Positions 42,457 to 52,010 of a DNA stretch of 64,000 bases are shown in pieces. The DNA lies in the NCBI GenBank assembly GCA_965216625.1, contig OZ244186.1, positions 3,594 to 67,593 of the forward strand, written 5' to 3'. How positions within the stretch are numbered: position 1 is the stretch's first letter; the number at the start of each line of letters is the position of its first letter. Below the pieces are notes generated by a model. The model searched no databases. It saw only the letters and a list, made by a program, of their open reading frames with translations, and was not told the DNA's origin. The position numbers and the translations under genes are program-made. The DNA is from Alphaproteobacteria bacterium (lineage in GTDB: Bacteria > Pseudomonadota > Alphaproteobacteria > JABAAW01).

Positions 42457-43449
42457 ATGAAGGCGTTAGTTTTGGATTCTGCGGACGGGAGGGCTGTATC
42501 GGCGAGTGTGAAGGACTTGTCTTTGTCTGACTTGCCTGCGGGCGAGTTGTTGGTCGAGGTGGAGGCGAGCGGCTTTAACTATAAGGATGGCATGGCGATA
42601 CATGGCTTGGGAGGTCTTGTGCGCGAGTATCCGCATGTGCCGGGGATTGATTTGGCGGGCAAGGTTTTAGAGAGCGCGAGCGACAAGTTCAAGGCGGGTG
42701 ACAAGGTGATTGCGACGGGGTTTCGTCTTGGAGAGTGGCATTGGGGAGGATTTGCCGAGCAGGTGAGGTTGCCGGAGGCTTCGTTTGCGGTTGCTTTACC
42801 GAGTGGTTTTTCTGCTCGTTCGGCGATGGCGTGTGGCACGGCGGCGTTCACGGCGATGCTTGCTATGGCGCGATTGCAGGAGATTGGCATTACTAAGGAG
42901 AGGGGGAAAATTTTAGTGACGGGGGCGTCGGGGGGGGTTGGATCGTTTGCGGTGATGTTTTTTGCGCGTGAGGGTTATGAGGTTGTTGCTTCTACGGGTG
43001 GTGATCACGATGCGTATTTGAAGAAGTTGGGAGCGAGCGAGGTGATTTCGCGTGATGAGTTCAGCGAGCCGCTCGATCCTCGGAAGCCATTGGAGAAGAC
43101 GCGATGGGCGGGGGTTGTTGATTCGGTGGGGGGTGCTCCGTTGGCGCGGGTTTTGGCGCAGACGCAGGCGAGGGGGGGAGTTGCTTCGATTGGGTTGACG
43201 GCGGGGTTTCAGATGTCGGGGACGGTTTTGCCGTTTTTGTTGCGGGGGATTTCTTTGTTGGGGGTTGATAGCGCGATGCATCCTGCGGAGGGGAGGGCGG
43301 ATTTGTGGCAGAAGATTGCGGATTTGTTTCGGGAGGAGGATTTTGTTGATATTGCGCATGTGCATGGATTATCGGAGTTGCCGAAATTAGCGGGAGACAT
43401 TTTGGATGGGAAGATTCGCGGGCGTGCTGTGATCGATCCGAGAATGTGA
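42457..43449 (+). CDS. Zn-independent MDR-family NADPH:quinone / acryloyl-CoA reductase (YhdH/AcuI-like).
   Basis: MKALVLDSADGRAVSASVKDLSLSDLPAGELLVEVEASGFNYKDGMAIHG and GASGGVGSFAV nucleotide-binding motifs. 330 aa. Codon usage is G/T-ending. Confidence 0.7.
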   Translation: MKALVLDSADGRAVSASVKDLSLSDLPAGELLVEVEASGFNYKDGMAIHGLGGLVREYPHVPGIDLAGKVLESASDKFKAGDKVIATGFRLGEWHWGGFAEQVRLPEASFAVALPSGFSARSAMACGTAAFTAMLAMARLQEIGITKERGKILVTGASGGVGSFAVMFFAREGYEVVASTGGDHDAYLKKLGASEVISRDEFSEPLDPRKPLEKTRWAGVVDSVGGAPLARVLAQTQARGGVASIGLTAGFQMSGTVLPFLLRGISLLGVDSAMHPAEGRADLWQKIADLFREEDFVDIAHVHGLSELPKLAGDILDGKIRGRAVIDPRM

Positions 43450-43473
43450 GGAGGGGGGAGAGAGGAAGGGAAG

Positions 43474-44286
43474 ATGGAGCGTTCTTTTACGGCGATTGTT
43501 TTAATTGGCATGTCGGGCGTGGGGAAGAGTCATTGGGCGAGTATTTACGGGAAGGGGGGATGCGTCGTTTCTGCCGATGAGCAGATTGCGGACAAAATCT
43601 CCGATAAGATGCGAGAGGCGGGGATAGGGGGGGAAGGTGAAAAGGAAAAAATAGACAGGCTTGCTGCCTTTGTCGGCAAGTTTGGTGGCAAGAAATATGG
43701 TGGGTTTGAGTATTACAAATTTTTAGAAAGGCAGGAAATCTACAGCAACGCGGAAAGAGATTCTTTGCGGGATTGGTCGCAAATCTTGCCCAATTGGCTG
43801 GGGCGGAAAGGAGAAGACGATGTTTCGCTTTACGACACGACGGGAAGCTTTTGCGAAATCTTGCGGGACGAAATCCACAATCCCTACTCTCCTTCCCAAA
43901 AACTCAAGGAGCACGCTTGCATCGTCTATCTTGCCTGTAGCGGGGAGGAAGAGGAAATTTTGCTAAAGAGGCAGTTGGAGCGTCCTAAGCCTATGGTTTA
44001 CAATAGGGGTTGTTTCGAGGGGTGGTTGTCGGACTACCAAAGGCAGAAATCTGTCGCGGAAGAAAACATTGATCCTGAAGACTTTTTGCGCTTTGTCTTT
44101 CCCAAAGCGATTGAGCCTCGCCGCGCGCGTTACGAAGAGTTTGCCAATGTTATTGTTGCGACCGATGAGCTGGAAGATTTGTTGCAAAAAAATCCCCCTC
44201 CAGCCTTTACCAAGGCTTTTGTCAAATTCGTTGAAGACAAACTATCCGACAAGGGGCGCGCTCCGCGCGATTTTTGTTGTCGCTAG
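43474..44286 (+). CDS. Hypothetical P-loop NTPase (Walker A GMSGVGKS; shikimate-kinase/AAA-like fold).
   Basis: IVLIGMSGVGKSHWASIYG. No confident family assignment. The gene is A/T-richer than its neighbours and abuts the 1.2-kb repeat nest. Confidence 0.45.
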   Translation: MERSFTAIVLIGMSGVGKSHWASIYGKGGCVVSADEQIADKISDKMREAGIGGEGEKEKIDRLAAFVGKFGGKKYGGFEYYKFLERQEIYSNAERDSLRDWSQILPNWLGRKGEDDVSLYDTTGSFCEILRDEIHNPYSPSQKLKEHACIVYLACSGEEEEILLKRQLERPKPMVYNRGCFEGWLSDYQRQKSVAEENIDPEDFLRFVFPKAIEPRRARYEEFANVIVATDELEDLLQKNPPPAFTKAFVKFVEDKLSDKGRAPRDFCCR

Positions 44287-45470
44287 GGCTAGGAAAACAT
44301 TGTCGCCGTACCATGTTACAAGTCAGTATTGCGCGAGGCAAAGCCTCGCGCTTTTGAATAAGAGGCTACGCGCTCCGCGCGTAGATAAAGCGCACTTCGT
44401 GCGCTCCGCTGACGCGGGGTCTTTTGCGAGGGATTACTCCCTCGCGCTCCCCGCGTGCTACGCACGCGATGTTTTGCGCCCGTCAATATAAAAAGCTCGT
44501 GTCTGTTGCGTGAGCGCGTGCTATCTAAAAAGCACAAGCGCGAGCGGAACAGATGCGCTCTACCATGTTACAAGTCAGTATTGCGCGAGGCAAAGCCTCG
44601 CGCTTTTGAATAAGAGGCGCACTGCGTGCGTTCTTCTTGTCGTTAGGACGAGAAAAACACAATCGCCGTGCCATGTTACAAGTCAGTATTGCGCGAGGCA
44701 AAGCCTCGCGCTTTTGAATAAGAGGCTACGCGCTACGCGCGTAGAAGGCGCTATCGCGCCCCGCTGACGCGGGGTCTTTTGCGAGGGATTACTCCCTCGC
44801 GCTCCCCGCGTGCTACGCACGCGATGTTTTGCGCCCGTCAATATAAAAAGCTCGTGTCTGCCTTTGCGATGCGCCATAGCGCACGGCTTGCCGTGTGCGT
44901 CAATAATGTTGCCTAAAAAGCGCAGGCGAGCAAAGGCAGACAAACAAAAGCTCTTTGCCATGTTACAAGTCAGTATTGCGCGAGGCAAAGCCTCGCGCTT
45001 TGGAATAAGAGGCTACGCGCTACGCGCGTAGAAAAGCGCGTTTGTTGCGTGAGCGCGTGCTACCTAAAAAGCACAAGCGCGAGCGGAACAGATGCGCTCT
45101 ACCATGTTACAAGTCAGTATTGCGCGAGGCAAAGCCTCGCGCTTTGGAATAAGAGGCTACGCATCTCGCGCTTCGCGCGAGTGCGTAGAAGGCGCTATCG
45201 CGCCCCGCTGACGCGGGGTCTTTTGCGAGGGATTACTCCCTCGCGCTCCCGCGCACGCTTCGCGTGCGCATGTTTGGCATCCGTCATCATACAAAGCCCG
45301 TCTGTTGCGCCCATAGCGTGCGTCAATAATGCAGCGCATCATACAAACTCTCCCATCCCCAACACAGAAAAGCGTATAATGACAGCCGTTGCTCCCCCCC
45401 GTTTCCCCCGATAGAACGACACCACCCCGCCATATACCCCACTCCTCATAACCCCGCCCCTGTGAGACTT
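44287..45470. repeat. A 1.2-kb nest of modular GC-rich palindromic repeats (MITE/REP-like mosaic).
   Basis: Five copies of a 55-bp core ccatgttacaagtcagtattgcgcgaggcaaagcctcgcgctttt/ggaataagaggc at 44311, 44563, 44671, 44958 and 45102. The core embeds the 9-bp-stem hairpin gcgcgaggc-aaa-gcctcgcgc. Two copies each of the modules gccccgctgacgcggggtcttttgcgagggattactccctcgcgctccccgcgtgctacgcacgcgatgttttgcgcccgtcaatataaaaagctcgtgtctg and ttgcgtgagcgcgtgcta.ctaaaaagcacaagcgcgagcggaacagatgcgctcta. Spacing is irregular. Confidence 0.85.
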
Positions 45471-45474
45471 TACT

Positions 45475-48400
45475 ATGACCTCCTCCTCTTCTTCCTCTCC
45501 CGATCCCCTCAGCACCGCGCACCGCGCCTTCCTCAAAGCCTGCCGCGCTATCCAATCTCCCTCATCCCCCTCATCCCCCTCCTCGAAATCCGAGCATAAC
45601 AACAAAGGCTTCATCCGCTTCCAAGAACGCCTTACCGCCGAACTCCTCTCCTCCGACCTCTCCCGCATCGACGGAGCAACCTTCGTCCGCGATACAGAAG
45701 CACTTTTTAATCTCGGCGCATCCCTCGCAAAACATCCTCCGAAAAGCCTCGGCAAAGCACACCCCTCGATTCGCTTCCTCAAAGCCTTCAGCGACAAAAG
45801 CTACGAAGGCATAAAAGGATTCAGCTTCCTGCTGCTCCACGAAAACATGCCCTTCCTCGCATCCTCGCTCGCTAACCACTTCGCGCGCGAACGACTCTCA
45901 GTACAACGATTCATCACCGTCGTCTCCTCCCGAGACCTCTTCCAAGGTAAAGTCTCCGACGACCCCTCCCTGACCCGCGAACAACGCCACGACGATCTCG
46001 CCGCCGTTCTCGTCCAATGCCACGGCGACGACAGCGAAACTCGACAAAAAGAAATCCAAGCCAATGTCGAGCGCGTCTGCGCCCGAAACCGCGCCGCCGT
46101 CGAAGACTGGCAGCGCATGCGCGAAGCCATCGACCGACACGCCCAAGAACTGCAACAAAACTTCGCAAGCGATCTCGCCTCGGACAAACACGAGAATCCA
46201 ACCCTCGAAAAACAAGAAGCCATCGATCTGCTCCAGTGGGTCCTGGACGAAAACATGACCTTCCTCGGACTCGCACGAGACCTAAAACAACAAGCAAAGT
46301 CACAAGCAAAAGGAAAAGAAGAAGGACTGGGCATTCTCGACGAATCCCGCGACTCAGGCTTCTCGCCGCGCGAACTCTTTACCTCGACAAAGGTGTTCGA
46401 CGATTTCCGCGCCTCCTCGGAAAGCGTCGTCATGCTGAAAGCCGAACGCCACGCGCTCGTCCACCGCGATGTGCCGCTCGATGTGCTGTTGAGCAAAGAA
46501 ATCTCCGACGGAGCGATCGTCGTGTTGGTAGGCCTGCTCACCTCGAAAGGTGCCTACGCCTCGCTAGAATCGGTGCCTCTGCTACGCCGCCAACTGCGCG
46601 CCATCGGCGCTCGGCTGGGCGTGGTGGCACGCTCGCAAAAAGCCCGCCATGTGCGCAACCTGCTCCAACTATATCCGCGCTCGCTCCTGTGGCAAGCCCC
46701 CCTCGATACCCTCTGCCACCACATCGAAGACATGCGCGAAGCCCAACAGCGCGGCAATGTCAAACTGCTTTTGCTGCCTACGCAAGGAAAACTCTCGGCG
46801 GTCGTGTGCATGGCAAAGCAAAACTACGGGGTCGGTATGGAGCGAGTCTTTGCCCGTATTCTCGCCCGCAAGTTGCAAGCGCATGTCGAGACCGAAGGGG
46901 CGATGATCGGCGAGGACGCACTCGCGCGCGTCCACTTCCGTATCGCGTGCGACGCTCTCCCCTCGGCGAAAGGAGCATCGAGCATCCGCGCGATCGAAGA
47001 GGCGCTCGGCAAAGCGGCGCGCTCGGCAGAAGAGCGCGTATCCGCAGCCCTAGAGGCGACCTTTCCCTCCGAACGCTGCCCCGCGCTACTCGCTCGCTAC
47101 GCGAAAGCCTTTCCCGCAGCCTACTGGGAAGAGGAAGAAGCATCCGAAGAAGAGGAAGAACAGAAAGGCGAAAGCAAACTCCTTGTCGAAGCGCAACTTG
47201 CCGAAGACCTGCAACTCTGCGAGGAATGCCTTGCGCGCGACGATGGTATCGCACTCTCGTTTCGCCAGCAGAGCGGACAGGCGCACGCCCTCTCGCTGTG
47301 CGTGCGCGGCGGGCTGACGCTATCCGACCTCGTGCCTATCTTGGAGTCGCTCGGCTTCAAGACGCTCACCGAAACGCCGTATCATCTCTCGTTCGCAAAC
47401 CCAAAGAATGGTGAGAAGGATGGCGAGGAAAATGACGCGCACGAACACGCAACGCTATACCGCGTCCAACTGGAAGCGCGCGCAACGCCCTCCCACCCCG
47501 AAGACCTGCCCGTGCGCTTCATCGCCTGCTTCCAACGCATCCACAAAGGGCTACTGCCCGCCGATTCGTTCAACCGCCTGCTGCTACTCTGCCACCTCGA
47601 CTGGCGCGAGGTTGCGCTGCTGCGCGCCCTCACGCGCTACTTGCGTCAAGCGGCCGTTCCCTTCTCGCAACAATTGATCGCCGCCGCCCTCGCTCGTGCG
47701 CCCAATATCGCGGAAAGCCTTGTCGCCCTTTTCAAGGCGCGCTTGGATCCCGCGCTCGTAGAAAAATCCCAAAATTCCAAAAACGCTAAAAACACCCAAG
47801 ACCTAATAGCCCGCCACAACGCGAGCATCGAAGAGCAACTCGCCGAGGTCGCCTCGCGCGAAGACGATCGAATCGTACGCCTGCTGCGTCAGACGGTCGC
47901 CGCCATCGCGCGCAGCAACTATTTCCAAGCCAACGATGAGACAAGCGAGACGCTTCTTTCGTTCAAGTTCTTCTCGGACAAGCTGGACTTCCTGCCTAGC
48001 CCGCGTCCGTGGCGCGAGATCTTCGTCTCCGCCTCCGACTTCGAGGCGGTGCATCTGCGCTTCGGTCCTGTTGCGCGCGGCGGCTTGCGGTGGTCGGACA
48101 GAATCCACGACTTCCGTACCGAGATTCTCGGACTAGTCAAGGCGCAGCGCGTGAAGAATGCCGTCATCGTTCCCGTCGGCGCGAAAGGAGGCTTTGTCAT
48201 CAAGTCTCCTGCTCCTGATCCCAAAGCCCGTCAGCAGCAGGGCATCTCCTGCTACAAACGCTTCATCGCCGCCATGCTGGATATCAGCGACAACTTGCAC
48301 GATGGCAAATCCGTGCCGCCGCCGCGCACTCGGCGTTGGGACGGCGACGATACCTACCTCGTCGTCGCCGCCGACAAAGGCACGGCGACCTTCTCCGATA

Positions 48401-50544
48401 TCGCCAACGGCATCGCCATCGAGAAAGGATACTGGTTGGGAGACGCCTTCGCATCAGGGGGTTCGGTAGGCTACGATCATAAGCAGATGGGCATCACCTC
48501 GCGCGGCGCTTGGGAATGCGTCGAGGCGCATTTCCGCGAGGCGCGTATCGACCAACAGAAGCCCTTTGCCGTCATCGCCATTGGCGACATGGGCGGCGAT
48601 GTCTTCGGCAACGGCATGCTCTATTCCGAGCAGAGCGCGCTGATCGCAGCCTTCAACCACAAGCATATCTTCTTCGATCCTACTCCTGAAGTCGCCAAAA
48701 GCCACAAGGAGCGTCGTCGCCTCTTCGACAATCCCGCGCGCGCGGGTTGGGACAACTACAACGCCGCGTTGATCTCACAAGGCGGAGGGATTTTTCTGCG
48801 TAGCGCCAAGACCATTCCGCTCTCCAAAGAGGTGCGCGCGCGCTTCGACATCGAAGAAGCAAGCCTTCCTCCCGATGCCTTGATCAAGAAAATTCTGCAA
48901 GCACGCACCGACTTGTTGTGGTTCGGCGGCATCGGCACTTTCGTCAAAGCCGAGCGCGAGAACAACGCCGACATCGGCGATCACGCCAACGATTCCACGC
49001 GCGTTTCAGGAGCAGAGCTGCGTGCCAAGGTTATCGGCGAGGGGGCGAACTTGGGCTTGACGCAGGCGGGGCGCGTCGAGTTTGCGCTCAAGGGCGGGCG
49101 GTGCAACATGGATGCCATCGACAACTCGGCGGGGGTCGATTGCTCGGATCACGAGGTCAACATCAAGATTCTGCTCGCGCTTGCAGAAAGAGCGGGGACG
49201 ATCGACGAACGACAACGACAGAAGATTCTCGTCAGCATGACGGACGATATTGCGCGCGATGTTTTGTCGAACAACTATCGCCAAAGCCAAGCCTTGTCGT
49301 TGATGGAATCGCTGGGCTTGCGCAACATCGAACGACAGCGTTTGCTCATCCGCGACTTGGTGCGCGAGGCGGGCTTGGAGCGCAAGCTCGAAGAGCTGCC
49401 GAACGAAGAAGAGATCGATCGAAGACGAGACGAGAAGAAAGCGCTCACTCGTCCTGAACTCTCGGTGTTGCTGTGCTATACGAAGAATGCGCTCTACGAA
49501 AAGGTGCTGGAGTCCGACCTGCCCGACGATGCGCGACTTTTTTCTCTGTTGCGCGACTACTTTCCTCAGAAGCTGCGAGACGAGTTTCTCGACGATATTC
49601 GCAAGCATCCTCTGAAGCGTGAGATCATCGCTACTCGTCTGACAAGCCTCATTGTCGATCATTTGGGCGCAAGCTTTCTCGCCGAGGTGCGCCGAGAGAC
49701 GGGTGCAAGCACCGTCGACATCGCTCGCGCTGCCTTTGTTGTCATGCAGCTCTTTTCGTTGCATGATCTTTGGAACAAAATCGATGCGCTCGACGACAAG
49801 ATCGCCGCGCCGAGGGCTACCCGCATGCGTTACGAGACGCAACGCATGCTCTTTCGTTTGAGCGCGTGGTTTTTGCATCGATCGATCGATCTTTCGTCGC
49901 TTGATGCTGTCCAACAGCGATTCGCCGCCAAGATCGCCGATTTAGAGCGGCTACCGCAGAACCTTCCCTCTTATTTTCAAAACGAGTTTCAAGAGCGCGC
50001 CGCCATCTTTGCTCCGCACGAGGGAGACGACACAACAGAGGCAGCGCGTGCGGAGGGTTTGGCGGGCGATCTCGCCTTGCTCAAACTCCGATCTACCTTT
50101 TGTGACATCGCTCTGCTTGCGGAAAAGAGCAAGGTCAAGGCGCAGATCGCGGGGCGGTGTTATTATGCTGTGAGCGAAAAGTTTGGCTTTGATCGTCTGC
50201 GCACAACGCTTGATCGTTTGCAAGGTAGTGCGGATCCGTGGCAGCAACGTGCGCTTGCGAATGCTATCGATGACTTGTGGGAGATGCAGGGGTTTTTCAC
50301 TGAGCAGGCTTTGAGGACTCGACGCAATATCCAAGATAAAAGCGAAGATGCGAAAGGGGGTAAAAAAGGAGATAACTCGGATGTTTCGGAAAAAGTTGTT
50401 GAGGCGTGGTTTGTGGATAATGCTAGGGCATTCGAGCGACTCATGCCGTTGTTGCAGGAGGCGCGTGGGAGCATAAGATTACCTATGGTGATGGTTTTGA
50501 TGCGCACTTTCCATCAAACTGCTGCTGCTTTGAGTGCGTCTTGA
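45475..50544 (+). CDS. gdhB: NAD-specific glutamate dehydrogenase, large 180-kDa class (GdhB/Bac_GDH).
   Basis: 1689 aa. The catalytic region ...FGPVARGGLRWSDRIHDFRTEILGLVKAQRVKNAVIVPVGAKGGF... is typical of large bacterial NAD-GDH. The N-terminus is S/P-rich. Confidence 0.85.
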   Translation: MTSSSSSSPDPLSTAHRAFLKACRAIQSPSSPSSPSSKSEHNNKGFIRFQERLTAELLSSDLSRIDGATFVRDTEALFNLGASLAKHPPKSLGKAHPSIRFLKAFSDKSYEGIKGFSFLLLHENMPFLASSLANHFARERLSVQRFITVVSSRDLFQGKVSDDPSLTREQRHDDLAAVLVQCHGDDSETRQKEIQANVERVCARNRAAVEDWQRMREAIDRHAQELQQNFASDLASDKHENPTLEKQEAIDLLQWVLDENMTFLGLARDLKQQAKSQAKGKEEGLGILDESRDSGFSPRELFTSTKVFDDFRASSESVVMLKAERHALVHRDVPLDVLLSKEISDGAIVVLVGLLTSKGAYASLESVPLLRRQLRAIGARLGVVARSQKARHVRNLLQLYPRSLLWQAPLDTLCHHIEDMREAQQRGNVKLLLLPTQGKLSAVVCMAKQNYGVGMERVFARILARKLQAHVETEGAMIGEDALARVHFRIACDALPSAKGASSIRAIEEALGKAARSAEERVSAALEATFPSERCPALLARYAKAFPAAYWEEEEASEEEEEQKGESKLLVEAQLAEDLQLCEECLARDDGIALSFRQQSGQAHALSLCVRGGLTLSDLVPILESLGFKTLTETPYHLSFANPKNGEKDGEENDAHEHATLYRVQLEARATPSHPEDLPVRFIACFQRIHKGLLPADSFNRLLLLCHLDWREVALLRALTRYLRQAAVPFSQQLIAAALARAPNIAESLVALFKARLDPALVEKSQNSKNAKNTQDLIARHNASIEEQLAEVASREDDRIVRLLRQTVAAIARSNYFQANDETSETLLSFKFFSDKLDFLPSPRPWREIFVSASDFEAVHLRFGPVARGGLRWSDRIHDFRTEILGLVKAQRVKNAVIVPVGAKGGFVIKSPAPDPKARQQQGISCYKRFIAAMLDISDNLHDGKSVPPPRTRRWDGDDTYLVVAADKGTATFSDIANGIAIEKGYWLGDAFASGGSVGYDHKQMGITSRGAWECVEAHFREARIDQQKPFAVIAIGDMGGDVFGNGMLYSEQSALIAAFNHKHIFFDPTPEVAKSHKERRRLFDNPARAGWDNYNAALISQGGGIFLRSAKTIPLSKEVRARFDIEEASLPPDALIKKILQARTDLLWFGGIGTFVKAERENNADIGDHANDSTRVSGAELRAKVIGEGANLGLTQAGRVEFALKGGRCNMDAIDNSAGVDCSDHEVNIKILLALAERAGTIDERQRQKILVSMTDDIARDVLSNNYRQSQALSLMESLGLRNIERQRLLIRDLVREAGLERKLEELPNEEEIDRRRDEKKALTRPELSVLLCYTKNALYEKVLESDLPDDARLFSLLRDYFPQKLRDEFLDDIRKHPLKREIIATRLTSLIVDHLGASFLAEVRRETGASTVDIARAAFVVMQLFSLHDLWNKIDALDDKIAAPRATRMRYETQRMLFRLSAWFLHRSIDLSSLDAVQQRFAAKIADLERLPQNLPSYFQNEFQERAAIFAPHEGDDTTEAARAEGLAGDLALLKLRSTFCDIALLAEKSKVKAQIAGRCYYAVSEKFGFDRLRTTLDRLQGSADPWQQRALANAIDDLWEMQGFFTEQALRTRRNIQDKSEDAKGGKKGDNSDVSEKVVEAWFVDNARAFERLMPLLQEARGSIRLPMVMVLMRTFHQTAAALSAS

Positions 50545-51130
50545 AGTGCTGTGCGCTTGTGCTTTTTGTCTGTCTGTATGTTGCGTTCGCGCTTGTGCTT
50601 TTTAAAGGCACGCGCTCGCGCGACAGACGGGCTTTGTATGATGACGGATGCAAAACATGCGCACGCGAAGCGTGCGCGGGGGGTGTGGGGGGATAAATTC
50701 CCCCCACGAAGACCCCGCGTCAGCGGGAGGAATTTATCCTCTCGCGCACGCAGTGCGCTTTCTACGCGCGTAGCGCGTAGCCTCTTATTCAAAAGCGCAA
50801 GCCTTTGGCTTGCGCAAGCTGACTCGCAACATGGTACAACGATCCTGTTTTCTTCGTCCTAGCGACAAAAAGAATCGCACGCAGTGCGCCTCTTATTCAA
50901 AAGCGCGAGGCTTTGCCTCGCGCAATACTGACTTGTAACATGGTAAAGAGCTTTTGTTTGTCTGCCTTTGCTCGCCTGCGCTTTTTAAGAGGCGCGCATC
51001 GCAAAGGCAGACACGGGCTTTATCTACGCACGCAGCGCGTAGCCTCTTATTCCCAAGCGGGTTTCTTGACAAGCTACCCCATAAGGAATACACAAGTAAC
51101 ACTACACTATTCCTCATCTATTCCTCTCGC
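50545..51130. repeat. Palindromic repeat nest (same modular family).
   Basis: Contains cttgtgctttttaaaggcacgcgctcgcgcgacagacgggctttgtatgatgacggatgcaaaacatgcgcacgc, GGGGGTGTGGGGGGATAAATTCCCCCC, ccccgcgtcagcggg, and inverted copies of the 55-bp core. Confidence 0.8.
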
Positions 51131-51991
51131 ATGACCCTGCTTTGCCTGCTTTCGCCCGCTAAGCGTCTGGAGTTCTCTCGTCCGCAACCCCTCGCTTGCA
51201 CCCTCGGCGTTCCCCAATTCGCCCAAGAAGCCTCGCGTATCGCACAAGCCTTGAAGAAGCTTACGCCAAAGCAGTTGCAAGACTTGATGGGTATCTCGGC
51301 ATCTCTCGCCGCGCGCGCTCACGCGCAGTATCAAGCATTTTCTGCAACGCCAGACGCTTCCAACAATTCAAGCCGCGCCGCCATCTACGCCTTTCATGGC
51401 GATACTTACCTCGGACTCAATGCCTACGCCTGGAACAAGGCGCACATCGCGCGCGCACAAACACACCTGCGTATTCTCTCAGGGCTGTACGGTATCTTGC
51501 GTCCGCTCGATGCGATACAACCCTATCGTTGCGAGATGAGCCTGCGCCTCGGTAAGCTCGCCGCCTTAAGGCTTGCTCCAGAACTTGCGGAAGTGTTTGA
51601 GAGAGATGACACGTCTCCTCATACTCCTCTTGCGCAGTTTTGGCGCGAGCGCATCGCGCTTGCCTTGCAAGAGGATATCGAACAGACAGGCGCACGCTGG
51701 CTCGTCAATCTTGCCTCGAAAGAGTATATCCGTGCTGTCGATGGCGTGTCTGTCCCCCTCGTCGAAGTTGTTTTTGCGGAGGCTCGTGGCGGTGTCGAGC
51801 GCAGGCTCGGCATGGCAGAAAAGCGCATGCGCGGCATTTTAGCGCGTTATATCGTGGAGAACAATCTCGACGATATCGAACAACTCCGATCTTTCGGCGA
51901 AAATGCCGATCAGCACGGATACCGATTCGCTTCTGCTTCGGATGACGGCAGTCTGTTGCGTTTCGTCAAGTCCTCAAGTTCTGATCGTTAG
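51131..51991 (+). CDS. yaaA: Peroxide-stress protein YaaA (UPF0246).
   Basis: MTLLCLLSPAKRLEFSRPQ...AIYAFHGDTYLGLNA matches the YaaA signature (SPAK.LDF / Y.G). The start was verified at 51131. Confidence 0.75.
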   Translation: MTLLCLLSPAKRLEFSRPQPLACTLGVPQFAQEASRIAQALKKLTPKQLQDLMGISASLAARAHAQYQAFSATPDASNNSSRAAIYAFHGDTYLGLNAYAWNKAHIARAQTHLRILSGLYGILRPLDAIQPYRCEMSLRLGKLAALRLAPELAEVFERDDTSPHTPLAQFWRERIALALQEDIEQTGARWLVNLASKEYIRAVDGVSVPLVEVVFAEARGGVERRLGMAEKRMRGILARYIVENNLDDIEQLRSFGENADQHGYRFASASDDGSLLRFVKSSSSDR

Positions 51992-52010
51992 AGCGTGTCG
52001 AACAGCAATC

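Noticed and set aside
44287-45470. Possible CRISPR array (several copies of a 55-bp repeat).
   Set aside because: The spacing is irregular (252, 108, 287 and 144 bp). The 'spacers' are themselves repeated modules found elsewhere in the window. No cas genes are present. The architecture is a nested MITE/REP mosaic.
44069-45555. Small ORFs inside the repeat nest (44069..44491+, 44316..44537-, 44510..44767+, 44683..44988-, 44810..45031+, 45049..45414+ and 45157..45555-).
   Set aside because: They are generated by repeat modules in different frames. They share peptides only because the DNA is repeated, they have no RBS or start context, and the same applies to 2325..2552 and 50514..50862.
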